64,000 nucleotides of DNA, from contig CAIIXF020000001.1 of the NCBI GenBank assembly GCA_903813345.2, positions 29,450,001-29,514,000 of the forward strand, given 5' to 3'. A program made the translations under genes and the position numbers. The notes under the pieces were generated by a model. It ran no database searches. It was not told the DNA's origin and saw only the letters and a list, made by a program, of their open reading frames with translations. This document shows, one piece after another, positions 1 through 13,414 of the stretch. Source of the DNA: Owenia fusiformis. Its lineage: Eukaryota. Positions within the stretch are counted from its first letter, which is position 1. Each line of letters opens with the position of its first letter.

Positions 1-1258
1 ACCAAAACTGAAGATGAGCTTATCTTGTGAGTAGAAACTAATTAAACAATCTAAATAGCCTCTTCAGGCCACAAATCTTCTTTTGATGCCTTACTGGCCT
101 CACTATGTGGTGTGATAGAGTGCAAGTGATCAATCTAAACTACCCAGGTCATCTCCTTTGTCTTGTGTCAGGCTTGTGTGTTATCTAACCCCCCCCCTTC
201 CCTCCTCATTCTCTTCCTCACAGGAGAGAGTGGATAGAACCATAAATATAATTTTAGATTACTCATCTCCTCTACCCCCTCCCCCTTCATCGAGTGATGT
301 TTTAGAGAAAACGTATTACCCTTAATATTTCTGGATGGTATCTTTCCAGGTTAAGTGAAGGAAGATCTGAGGGGCTTTTAGCCAAGATTTTTCAACAAGT
401 ATTTTACCAAACTATACATGCATGTGTAAGTGGCAGGCTTGGGATATTTTAATTGTTATAGTTTCCCATGTTATCGTCCAATACATCAACCAATGTCCTC
501 TGACAAACTTGTATAAAAATCTATTATTTCTTGAAAGCAGCTTCAGCAATTTTGTTAAATTCATCAAACGTTTTTAACAAAGGACCACTAATGTAAATGA
601 GAAAACTCAATCTGGTATGAAACATTGTTATATAATAATGGGCCCAATATCAATGGATTCAATACATTTTGGGGTCAAACCAACTGCAGTTATGAAAATT
701 ATACACCACACACAGTTAAAAAATTATGAAAACTTGAATGATTGAAAATAACCCAGTGAACTCTTGACTTGTTCCCTAATTCTAAATAACATATCATATT
801 AAAACATTGCATAGAAACTGCAGTTCGACATGATTTGTGATATGTTATTTATAAAGCACCAGTACAAGTTACTGTTACTTATAAACATGTACATTGTACA
901 GTGGGTGCAAAGGCAACTTATAAGCCTAATGGTACAAAATAGTTTAACCCGTTAATAAAACATAATATCGGCATTTATGATACTTGACTTATGATTTATA
1001 CCTATTTGATACCCTTTTATCTGCCTTCTTATGGCCAAGAATTTTAATCAAGTTTTTAAAGTCTGGTTGGGCATGCAACAAAACAAGATGGTTTTTCAGA
1101 TATTCAAGATCTATTGCATAACAAAAATAACCCCACACAATAGTCAGATAGTAAATCAATTGAAACTGAAAGTTAGGCTAAAAATATAAACAAGAATTAT
1201 AGACTTGCTAAAATTATGAGGCAACGAGTTAGGAAACTTGAATATGTAATATACTTAC

Positions 1259-1363
1259 ACTTGCAGAGTCAGCCAAAGTTTGCACCAGTAAAAGCGAGAA
1301 TGCAACCAACCAAAGAGTCCTAAGCGGAGAGAGGACCGCTGTTCCAGCCATCTTTGGCTTCAT
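1259..1363 (-). CDS. Probable first coding exon of a secreted or membrane protein; gene continues off the left edge
   Basis: Minus strand reads MKPKMAGTAVLSPLRTLWLVAFSLLLVQTLADSAS (35 codons, signal-peptide-like hydrophobic core), followed directly by a GTAAGT donor (1258-1253). No downstream exon was identified, so the product is unknown. Confidence 0.55.
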
Positions 1364-2955
1364 GAACTTGCAAAGTTTTAAGACTCAATCACTCTTTTAG
1401 TCGTATCTAAGTCAGATTGAGGCTAAATCATGTGCATATCCGATAGAATGTTCACTAATACTTTATCGAATCGATGAAATGAATTTCATGCGTGTTTGCT
1501 GAGTATTTACAGTGAAAAACAGCAACGATTTAACCACTCGACCAGCGAGACTTTTAACTGAAGAGTTTCGTCTGCCTTAGATAGGCGGCTGTTCCATTAT
1601 CCGCACATACCTTATAAATCTGGCATTTAAATCTCCAATTACTCACTTTAAAATACCTTAGAATGGTAAGTAATGAAATGAATAATAACCAAATATATTG
1701 AAATAATATATTTCTATTTAATATGATTATTTGATATGAATGTAATGGGATTTTTAATTTATGAAATTTTAAAATTGAGTATTTTTTATTGTTGGAACAG
1801 CCAAGGGGTGATCCAATAAATTGTTAACGCCAATAGCTGTGATGGCCCACTTGAGATAGTCCATTACCACAGACCAATCACTTGAAACTTTTTCTACTAT
1901 TTTGATAAGTTTAGTTTGATGGTGCCCTTATGGCAGTAAAATGGGTTAAAATGTAAATGTGTAAATATAAGTAATAATGCTGATACAAGTAAACTCTGAA
2001 TGTTGCCCACTCTGTAACTAGCCTGTCCCAGCACTTACCTTAGCATAACCATACAAAGCTTTTCAACTTTTGCACCTTTTAACAAATAAATTGGTTTTAG
2101 ACGAGAAATTGCATATCAATGTGAAGATTTTTAAATGATCATATAACCTTACATACCCACAAAGAAACTTAACTATTTCACATGACTTTTTCTATCTAAA
2201 GTGGTTAATTAATTGCTTATTCCATACTTATTACTTTCCCCTTAGCTTTTCTATTATATTTTCTGTTTGAAAATGGTTTAAAACCTGATTAGAAAGATGA
2301 CACTTTATGAAAATAGGCAGTGGACATTTTAAACAAGGTTATGGATGTTTCAGCTGGTATCAAAGTAGTTCAACAAGTTAAACCCAATACCACGGCTTTC
2401 ATTTATAATCTGAGTGTTCTTGTTGCCGTGGTTGGGTTTAACTTCCGTGTTATGCTTTCATTGGATGCAAATTCTCACTATCAGTTATTAATAAAACGCG
2501 CATAGAATTCTATGCGCTGCCATAGGCCATCATTAAAATATTTTGCATCAAGGGCCGAATAGGCACGGATGTTAAACCTAGGGCGGGCCACAAGAAATGT
2601 CAGATAAGAAATAAGGCCCAGACTAGGTTTAACTTGTTGAACTAGTATCAAAGCTGAGCAAAGAACTGAGATAAATATGGTAAGTTAAAAAGCGGAAACA
2701 TCAACGGCCAATTTGGCAACATTTTTGATGCTTTGTTAATTCAAGTGAATGTGGATATCTGGAAAGAGGGAAGCCAAATTTAACATTTTGCATATTTATC
2801 AATCCATGCACAGGGAGAACAGGTAGAGATAATTACTTCCAAACCAATAAATAATGCTATTACTTCAGTGACATCTATTAATTCAACAATATGAAAAAGA
2901 GACCAATTTTTAAGTTCAGTGAAGTAGTTTTGAGACAGTTTAACATCTCTCTCTG

Positions 2956-5900
2956 TAGTGTGGGAGCAAAAGTCCAAATAAGAGGTTCCGTGTCCTTTTT
3001 AGAGGCGAGCTAAGCGACATATGTTTTCATGAACTAGAAGTGATACTGATCAAGAAAAATGATGTTGGCAATTCTGAATCCGCGACGGCGTTGCTATGGT
3101 AACCAAGTAAATATGCCACGCCCACTTTTAGGGGCTCTTTTCAGTGTATGGCCCCTATCTCTGTCATTATTGCTCAGATTTAGATAAAAGTCACACCAAA
3201 TGGAAGATAATGGATAATGCAATCAGAAAATATTAAGTTGACAATTCTGAATCCGATATGGCGTTGCTATGGTAGCAAAGTTAATATCCCACACCCACTT
3301 TTAGAGGCTCTTTTCAGTGTTTGATCCCTATCTTCGTCAATATTGCTCAGATTTAGGTGACATTTGTACCAAATGAAAGGTCATGGAAAAACGGTTTATA
3401 AAATATGCAAATAAGGTGATTTGCGTATTAATTATGACGTCATAACCGTTTGTTCTTGCATATTTTATTTTAATCATGATGTATAAATCTGGGAAATGAT
3501 TGTCTTTAAAATGGTCAGTAATGCTTTTAAGTAGTTAATTAGTTCATTTCTTTTCGATGAGTTTATTAGTTTATTTCATTCATACATGTATGGTCATAAA
3601 AATTGAAAAAAATGTAATGAAAATATCCAATTCAAGCTGTTGCTATGGTAACAGTATGTTGGAAAAATATCTGTTGTGAAAACAATTCTTTGGGAAATGT
3701 TACATTTTGACTAGTTGACTGACATGTATTCCTTTTAAAATTTGATGGCTGGCAGAAAATAACCTAATAACGATAAAAAAATTATCTAATTTGGATTGTG
3801 TTATATTATGATGTCGTCGTAATGGCAATTATTAATCAGGGGCGCAACTAGCTTTCAATCAGGGGGGAGGGGGTGCGATATCGGCATAAGCAACTCAAAA
3901 AATTTAATTTGACTTGAATTTTACAAAAATTCCTTCAAAATTGAGCTAGAAGCTTCAAGTCAAAAGCATTTTTAAAGCTCTTCTGCCGAAAGAACAATGG
4001 AAATGACGTCTTGGATCTCCTGCTGTAATGGTTCTATTTGTATTGGTAAATGGGGGGGGGGGTTGCCCCAATCACATGACCACCTGGCTATGCCTATGTT
4101 AGCTGTTGTATTCAGGTGAATATGCCATCCCCACTTTTCAGGTCTTTTCCAAAGTCTTGATTCTATCAGTTGTCATGATGATAGCTCTGGTGTATATGAA
4201 ATTTTCATCAAATGGAAACTAAAGAATCAGACGATGCATGAGGAATGTAGATTGACAGACTGATATACCTGTTATGGTATGACTACCATAGCTGTTTTCG
4301 TGATTATTTTCTTGAAGTAAGGTAAAATTGCTCAAGATGATTCCAAATTGGACATTTGACATTCACCATAAAAGTAAGTCAAAGCTGAAAACAATGATTG
4401 ATTTACATTTTATTTCTTTACACGTATAAAGTATGATCAAGAAATATTATGGGCAATTCTGAATCTGCGATGCCGTTGCTATGGTAACCAAGTAAATATG
4501 CCACACCCGTTTTTAGGGGCTCTTTTCATTGTTTGAACCCCATCTCCACCATTATTGCTCAGATTTTGATGAAATTCTGACCAAATTGAATGTAATAGAT
4601 AATGCAATCAGAATATATTAAGTTGCCAATTCTGAATCAATGATGGCGTTGCTATGGCAACAAAGTAAATATGCCCCACCCACTTTTAGGGGCTCTTTTC
4701 AGTGTTTGGCCCTTATCTTCTTCATTATTGCTCAGGTTTAGATGAAATTTGCACCAAATCAAAGGTAATAGATAGAGCAATCAGACAGTTAGTAAACTAT
4801 GCAAATAGGATGATTTGCACATTGATTATGACGTCATAAATGTTTGTTCTTGCATATTTTATCTTAATCATGATGTATTAATCTGTGAAATTATTGTCTT
4901 TAAAATAGTCAGTAATGCTTTTAACTAATTAATTAGTTTATTTCTTTAAGGTGAGTTTATAATTTTATTTCATTCATACTTGCATGGTCATAAAAACTGA
5001 TGGAATCAAAAATGTAATGAAAGTGTCCAATTTATGCTGTTGCTATGGTTACAGCACGTAGCAAAACTATCTGATGTAAAAAGAATTCTTTGGGAAATTT
5101 TACATTTTGACTAGCTGACTGACACATGTATTCTTTATAAAATATGATGACAGAAAATAATCTTATAACTATAGAAAATTATTTAATTTGGATTGTGTTA
5201 TGTTATTATGTCATAATGGCAATTATTAATCAGGGGTGCAGCCAGCGTTCAGTCAGGAGAGGGGGGTTGCGATTGTGGCATAAGCAACCCAAAAAGTTTT
5301 TAAGATTTGTTTTGAATTTTACAAAATTGATGCACCTTCCTTCAAAACTGAGCTAGAAGCTTCAGGTCAAAATGATTTTAAAGCTCTTCTTCTATTTAAT
5401 GGTTCTATTTTTTTTGTTTATGAGGGCGCACCCATCGCACCCCCTGGTAATGCCTATGTTAATCCAATATGATGTTGCTATGGTAACTAGGTGAATATGC
5501 CATCCCCACTGTTCAGGGCCTTTTCAAAGTTTCGCTTCTATCTTTGTCATGATTACAGCTTGAGTGTGTATGAAATATTCACCAAATTGAAGCTAAAGAA
5601 TCAGACAATGCATGGATTATGTATATTGACTGACTCGCATACCCATCGTGGCATCAATAGCTGCTAATGGTTTTGAAATCCGAAAAATATGTTCAACGTC
5701 AATTTACATAAAAAAGAATATCATTTTATGGTATACATGTAGGTCAATACTTTAGCCTATATCATCTTTTTAGGTCATGTAGACATAACTGTACCAATTT
5801 TGAACTGAATGGTTGGATGTCGGATTTCAAAACCAAAAGCATATCTTAAATCAGGGGCTTCCATACTCCATACTTGTAAAGAAATGGAATCAATCATAGT

Positions 5901-7492
5901 TTTCAGCTTTGACCTCATTTTATGGTGAATGTCAAAGGACAAGGTTCCAATTTGGAATCATTTTGGGCAATTTTACCTTATTTCAAGAGATAATCACAAA
6001 AAGCAGCTATGATACCATAACAGGAACTGTACTCCTGGTATTTTTTGCCTGCGATTAGTTTTGTGCTTGATAAAAAAAGCGAAAACTAATCTTTGCGAAA
6101 TTGTCAATTAAATCCCGGGGATTTCTGAAATTTATTATTACAATTTGTGTTTTGTAAAATGTTTGTCAAGTGTTTTAGGCGATTAATGGGATAGTTAGTA
6201 CCAATGTCTGTTACACAGGAATCATTTTGAGCAATTTTACCTTATTTCAAGAAAATAATCACAAAAATCAGCTATGATACCATGATAGATACTTAGTTTG
6301 TCAGTCAGCCAATCTACATTATTCATGTATTGTCTAATTCACCAAGCATATTCACCTAATGGTTACCATAGCAACATCAAGTTGGATTAACATAGGCAGT
6401 GCTTAGGGGGGGGGGGGGAGAGTGCGCTGTGTTCACCTTCCCCCTCATATCCGATAAAAATAGAACCATTAGATAAAAGAAGGCTTTCGACTTGAAGCTT
6501 TTTGCTAAATTTTGAAGGAAGTTGGATCAATTTTTGTAAAATTCAAAACATATCTTATAAATACTTTTTGGTTGCCTGTGCCATGATCGCAGGCCCCCTT
6601 CTGACTGAAAGCTGGCTGCGCCCCTAATTAAAAATTGCCATTATGACATCATAATATAACACAATCCAAATTTAATAACTATGGTTATTAGATTATTTTC
6701 TGTCATCAAATTTTAAAAAGAATACATGTCAGTCAACTGGTCAAAATGTAACATTTCCTAAAGAATTCTTAATTACAGCAGATGGTTTTGTTGTATGCTG
6801 TCACCAAAGCAACAGTATGAATTGGACACTTCCATTATATTTATTCAACTATTATGATCATACATGTGTGAATGGAATAAACTAATAAACTCAACTAAAA
6901 GAAATAAACAAGACTAGTTAAAAACATTATACGGACCATTTTAAAGACAATAATTTACCAGATCTATACATTATGATTAAAAAATATGCAAGAACAAACA
7001 GTTATGACGTCATAATTGATATGCAAATCACCATATTTGCATATATTAAAAAAATTGTCCGACTGCTCTATCTATTACCTTTCATTTGGTGCAAATTTCA
7101 TCTTAATCTGAGCCATAATGACTAAGTTATGGGCCAAACACTGCAAATAGCTCCGAAAAGTGGGCGTGGCATATTTACTTTGTTACCATAGCAACGCCAT
7201 ATCGGATCCAGAATTGCCAACTTAATATTTCCTGATTGCATTATCCATTAGCGTTCATTTGGTGTGAATTTCATCTAAATCTGAACAAAAATGACAGAGA
7301 TAGGGGTCATACACTGAAAAGAGCCCCTAAAAGTGGGCGTGGCATATTTACTTGGTTACCATAGCAACGCCGTCGCGGATTCAGAATTGCCAACATCATT
7401 TTTCTTGGTAAGTATCACGTATAGTTCATGAAAATATATGTCGCTTAGCTCGCCTCTAAAAAGGACACGGAATGACATTTGCTCCCATACTA
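2956..7492. mobile_element. Non-autonomous Academ-like DNA transposon with >1-kb terminal inverted repeats
   Basis: Ends are TAGTGTGGGAGCAAA... and ...TTTGCTCCCATACTA, flanked by a 3-bp TSD CTG (2953-2955, 7493-7495). The left arm (~2956-4400) is inverted relative to the right arm (~6220-7492), and a second direct copy of the left arm lies at ~4430-5650. No coding remnant seen. TAG...CTA ends with a 3-bp TSD match the transposase-bearing element at 30242. Confidence 0.75.
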
Positions 7493-7713
7493 CTGTGTTG
7501 TAAATTGTAATACTAGTACTGCAATTATATTTCTCACTGACCCAATCCCAAAATGCAGATAAATATTTATTGTTCTTTTGTTTTATCTTGTTAAATGCTG
7601 AATTAGAGATGAAGGGGATGACAACATTGCAAGTAAAAATAACAACTAGAAATACAGCAACTCAAATCATTCCTAATTTTGAATATTTCATGCTAGGAAT
7701 TACAAGGCAATAT

Positions 7714-8271
7714 CCCGGGGGGTTCACTGTGTACAAAATTTGGCAGGGATCCTAGGCTGAACCCTCAGATATCAATTTATTCCCATACCAAAATGTCAAA
7801 TTTGAATGTGTTCCCATACCAACCGATATAGTGCCCAAAAGCCATCCCAAATGCCCAAATATGAAACCAATGCCATACCAAATGTCAAAATATAGGACCA
7901 ATGCCATACCAATGCCATGTCTGGTCCAAAGTAGAATATTTCCTGGGGAAAAAGCTATTTATTTAAACTGAAGAAGGTCCCAAGAACAAGGCGATCTTTG
8001 AGGAAAACGAAATAAAACAACCTCATATTAGGATATGTGTAACTACTAGACTAATTCCATACCATAATTGTGAGATAACATATTTTCCATGACCATTCTC
8101 ATACCAGAAAGTTGAAAAATCTGACCATTTCCATCTCTCACAAGTTAAATGAGGGGGCATTCTCACACCACATCCTAAAATTTGGGTCCATTGCCATACC
8201 AAATGTCCAAAAAGGTACCCCATGTGCGCCGAGGATCCCCGTCAAGGTTTATATACAGTGAACCCCCCGGG
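7714..8271. mobile_element. MITE with CCCGGGGGG termini and 8-bp TSD
   Basis: TIRs CCCGGGGGGTTCACTGT... / ...ACAGTGAACCCCCCGGG; perfect TSD GGCAATAT (7706-7713, 8272-8279); internal CCATACCAA repeats. Superfamily uncertain. Confidence 0.8.
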
Positions 8272-8404
8272 GGCAATATATGCCTCCTTTTGGCAAAATT
8301 TACACATGGCATACATACAACCATTTCAAATATAGATCACATCTGTCAAAAGCCAAAAATTCAGTGGACCAAAGGATTGGTATTGATATGGTGAACTGAA
8401 TATC

Positions 8405-9521
8405 CCAGATGCGAGTAGAAATAATCTTGATTTATGTCATTAAAAATTCACTATTCAGTCAAACTGATGTCATATTTGGAATCAACATGTAAAATTACAT
8501 TTAGAAATGTGGTTTTGAAAAGAGTTTATCAACTTTGAAATTTAATTTTCTTTAAAAATGTGACTTCTAGGTCGGGGAGATTCCCCATAGACCCCATGTT
8601 GTAAAACCACAAAAAGTGAAATATCTTTTCTTGTGTTGGGTAGATAATATTTTCTTTTACTGGACATATTTTAATTTGTATAACTATCATGAAAAGTAAA
8701 CCACTAAAACTGATGCATATTCAAGTTTAAGGGAATTTTGTAATATATATATATATCTTTTATTGACTCTCTGATGTCATTACAATGACATATTAGTCAC
8801 TAAAAACTACAATCTACAAAACTGACCTAAGACTAAACTAACTATTGAATACAAAAATAAAGTTGTTGTCAAATACAATTCTAATTACATCATCAAATGT
8901 AAAATACAGAATACAAGATAATTGTAAAATACAAATATAACTTGACAGAAATTTAAATATCAGTGTGATGTACGTTGACACATTAATCCAATTTTTGAGT
9001 GAATGATAGATGAACTTTGCTAAATGTAAAATTACATAAGAATTTTTGTGAGACATTAGTTTTTTAAAAATAATGTCAGGACTGCCTACAAAATTAAATC
9101 GTGTAAGGGTGTCAAACAATTTTTTCTTTCTGTAGTGTTTTTCTTACAAATCATGATGAAGTGTTGTTCATCTTCTAAAATACCACAAATATTACATAAA
9201 CGTTCATCTACAGGTTTTGGCTTTGGCTTTAAATGACGACCAAGTTCTATATGTAACTTGTGGGAACTAAGCCTAAATCTACAAATTGCTTGCCTGTAAT
9301 TTTTATTTTGGATATTTAAATAACTCTCTCTTTCAAAGACATTTTTGAATTTAACATAAGTTCTCAAGACAGGGTAATTTAATATATCTTTGTTCCATTG
9401 AGTTTTATAATTCTGATACAGTGTTTTTGTTATTGTCTTGATAAAGGATAATACCCTGCCATGTTATTTCCCCCGAATCAGCCACCTGGTGGCGAAACAG
9501 GTAACTACCTACTTGCATCTG
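8405..9521. mobile_element. Non-autonomous DNA transposon (CAGATGCGAGTAG TIR) carrying a nested LINE
   Basis: CAGATGCGAGTAG at the left and CTACTTGCATCTG at the right; a homologous shorter copy lies at ~60210-60504. Confidence 0.6.
8743..9430 (-). mobile_element. 5'-truncated non-LTR retrotransposon (LINE) 3' end
   Basis: ORF 9086-9367 has RFRLSSHKLHIELGRH...RLCNICGILEDEQHFIMIC, the C-terminal CCHC knuckle region typical of LINE ORF2. It is frameshifted into ORF 8838-9119 and followed on the minus strand by AATAAA and an (AT)n tail at ~8743-8764. Confidence 0.8.
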
Positions 9522-11117
9522 AGTAATTCAACAATGTTTTTCTCTTAAACCAATTATTGAAAACATTCTGTAAAAAAGACGGTCCTTTATGTAATGTTGA
9601 CTGATGGACAACAATTTAATGCAAAAATTATTTATATATATTTTAAATAACTGTTTTTGTTAACATTTTTTGTTTTTCAGTGCATTTCTCTTTTGTTGGG
9701 ATAGATGATACAAAACATAAGAAGTGTCTGATGTGTTTTCTAAAACAATAAGAGAAATATATACAGGGTGGTCCAAAAAGTGAACCCCTGCAACAGGCTG
9801 TATTTTCCTTATCCATGCATGAATTGGCTCATATTATAAAATCTTGTAGAGATACGCTTTTTGTTGATGCCATACTTCATTCTCAGTCTTGAATTTTGAA
9901 GAAATTGCAAGACTTAACAAACATGCCTATAATTGGATATTGTGCAAAATATTACCAATGTGATTCACAGAAATTGTTGAAACACATTGGATGATCTTAT
10001 AAAAAGCGATCAGTGACAGATATAAGTTTAAACCCTACCATATGAGAAATGGGACAATATTTGAGCAGAAAACACATTTCAAACTTCCATTGACCATTTT
10101 GGAGCAGTTTTAACCATTCGAACAATTAAGGGGCATGTTACCTATACAAACGGTTGGAGGGGGCAAAGTTACCCCATGTGACCCAATATCTGAGAAGCCT
10201 CTCATGTAAATATCTTAAAAAAGTCAAAAGGAAATTTAATTTTCAGTGTTTTGACCCATATTTCATTAGCATTGGTCCATGATTAATGAAGATATTGACA
10301 TTTTGAGACCATATAGGGGTATGTTGCATGTTCACTGGAAGATGCTTTTGTCTTTGGAACATTTCTTTGGATCACAATAATTTATTCATTTTCCTGCATG
10401 TGCAAAAAAACTGAACCAGATAGAGTAAACCCAACACAGATTGCCTCTACTCCAAAAACTACAAAGTTGAGATGGCTGCCATTTTGAAAAAATCTGTCAA
10501 GTAGATTTGAAACTACTAGTTTACACAGCTGGATCAAACATAATGTGAATAAACAAATCAGAGTTTATACAAAGTGGCTCCCATATTATTTATCTTTAAC
10601 AGATTTTCTACACATATAGGGTAAAGCATTTGTGTTCCAAAATTGATAAAAAGACATTTTGTCTATACCCAATCTATCCATATTGAATACTTATGCAAAT
10701 GGCCTATTACTAGAAAGTCAATGGAAACAATGCTCAAGTCCATTAACTAAAAAGTTATTTTTTGCTCCTAAAATTGCCATAACTGTACATAAAAATATAT
10801 CATTAATTTTAATTATCAGTCATAAGAATCAAATAAAATTTCTAGTATGAATTTAATGTTTTATTTGAAAATTGTTATTAAAGCTGTTTACTATCGCTAG
10901 CTTGTAGACACTTTATAGACACTTCAACATGCCACAAAATATAAGAGAGAAACACAAACGCCATAAATGCATTTCAAGCACTTTCCAGAATAGTCTTACT
11001 CTTTTCATTATTGTGCATGTATTTTCAAAATTACAGATAGGGTATCGCAGGGTTCTTTATAGACAAAACTGCAACAAACATATCATTGTGTATACATCAA
11101 AAAAGATTGAGATTTAC

Positions 11118-11833
11118 AAAGGATAGGCATCTATATGGTGAACTGAATTCAACAATGTTTTTCTCTTAAACCAATTCTTGAAAACATTCTGTAAAAAACA
11201 CTGTCCTTTATGTAATGTTGACCGATTTGCAACAATTTAATGCAAACATTATTTTTATATAATTTATATAACTGTTTTTGTCTAAATTTTTTGTTTTTTA
11301 GTGCAATTGTTTTTTGTTCCTTTCTACCAATTCTTGAGAATGAAATAAAATGTCTTTCCGAACCTTGTTGGAACAAAATAGCATATACAACATTTTCTTA
11401 GACCTCTCAATATTATAGTTATACAAATGAAATTTTGGTTGATTTTACAAAAAGTATGCAGAAAAACCCCAAAATAGATAAAAATTAAGATAAACATTTT
11501 ATTTCATTAACAAGACACTTTTTTAAAATCAACCAAACTTTCCTTTGTACAATTACAATATTGAGAGACCTAAACACATTGTGTTTATGTCGTTCTGTTC
11601 CAATGAGGTTCGGATAGATGTTTCATTTCATTCCAAACATATGATACCAAGAAAAAAGAAGTGTCTTATGTGTTTTCTTAAACAATATAGAGAAAAGTAT
11701 ATAAATATGTATCAAATTACCATCCAAAAGATGACCATTAAATTGACGATGTGTAAAATTTTCAGAATGTTTTGATGACTGGTTTAAGAGAAACGCGTGT
11801 TCAAAAAGTTCACCATATCGATACCACTCCTTT
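11118..11833. mobile_element. Non-autonomous TIR element (AAAGGAGTGGTATCGATATGG family)
   Basis: Homologous, in inverted orientation, to 61064-61946; a disrupted third copy at 8371-8400 + 9525-9760. Confidence 0.7.
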
Positions 11834-13414
11834 TCAATTTATCTATACTGCTTTAATATATACAATTTATATTTGCCTGAAGAAGATTTAGAAATAAATC
11901 GAAAATTTGCAAATCTCATTTTTGGTTTACCTGAAGAACACTTAACTGCTATTTAACCAATTGGAATAGAGTATTGCAACTGAGGTACTAACTATATTTA
12001 GTCAATTTAGTATTTAGAGTCAAGCGGATTACATTTTGTCCTAGAGAAAGCTTCAATACCTTTTACAACTACAATTCACATAGAAGAATAAAACAGAATA
12101 AAACATGTTCAAGTGTATATTTTAACATTTTATTACAAAAGAAGAATAACTTACATGTATTCTAGTGCTATTACCATAATAAGGGTCTGAGTCAAGACTC
12201 CAATGTTGTCCAAAAAAGTAATAAAACACATTTCAGATTGCCGGCCCTCACTCCTCTAAAAATGAAACTGATCAAATTGAAAGTTGTTTCCTAAATAGCC
12301 AATCTTTAACAAAACCATATGGTACCATTTCAACTATTGCACAAAAGGGTACCACATAATATGGTACTGTATGGTACCATATTTTGAACTCAAACAGTAC
12401 CATATAATGCCTTACTCCAAATGTACCATGTATAAGGTACCAAGAAAATTAGAAAATGGTATATGGTACCTCGATTTCAGAGTGTGGGGTGTATTAAAAT
12501 TGATGAAAGAAGCAAAATGGACTTTTATCCCCTTCCTTTAAATGTAATTTATTACAATTGTGGAAGTACATTAATGTACATGTACATGTACTAATCTTGT
12601 CCAAATACCAAATTAATTTGAGCATACATGTTTCATAATCACCATATATTTACAAACATCATGAATATTTTTTTACATTTTTTGTGGAATGTAGCCAATA
12701 TGTATTTCATATCTTCTATGTGTATGTTTCTCTTAATAGTGTTTTTATCACCAGTGTCTTTGTTACATCAGACAGTAGATGTATACTCCTCTTGCATTTC
12801 AAGAGGATTTTAGCAATTAAAGTCATAAGAATAACATTGTGATCTCATCATTGCCACATCAGTATTGACTCAATGCAAAAAGTGTTGTTTAGAGGTATGT
12901 TGGTAAAGATGAACAAACATTCCTAATTATGATGTGGCTTGTAAGGCACTCATTCAACATATGCAACAACAAAATGCTTACTATAAATGGAATGACTTAA
13001 ATGTGGCAAAAGAAACGTTGATTTCATCATTATATACATAGGATGACTGATATAATTCTATATTTTAAACGCTGTACTTGTCAATTGGCACAGCGTCAAC
13101 TTCAATCTTTTTACTCTGAAAAGTAGATCTGCTCTTCAATAATAATATATTGACATATGTAAGTCAGAGAGGCAGACATGATAAGATTCGCAAAGATAAA
13201 TATACATCTGTATATAAGAATGGAATTAATGTGACACTGATACATTTCACAGTATTGTATCATTCACCAAAATCCCCCATAATAATGCATCAACATGTTT
13301 TTGCATAGAAATGAATTAAAACAACCCAGTGTACACAAATAAATAATAAAAATATTTCTGTCCAATCATCCTATTCCGTAAGTGTTTCAAATTGCATAAA
13401 AATGAATCAAACAT

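Noticed and set aside
2954-7494. Polinton/Maverick (AGTAGT-like terminus)
   Set aside because: The TSD is 3 bp rather than 6 bp, there is no polB or integrase remnant, and the ends fit TAG...CTA.
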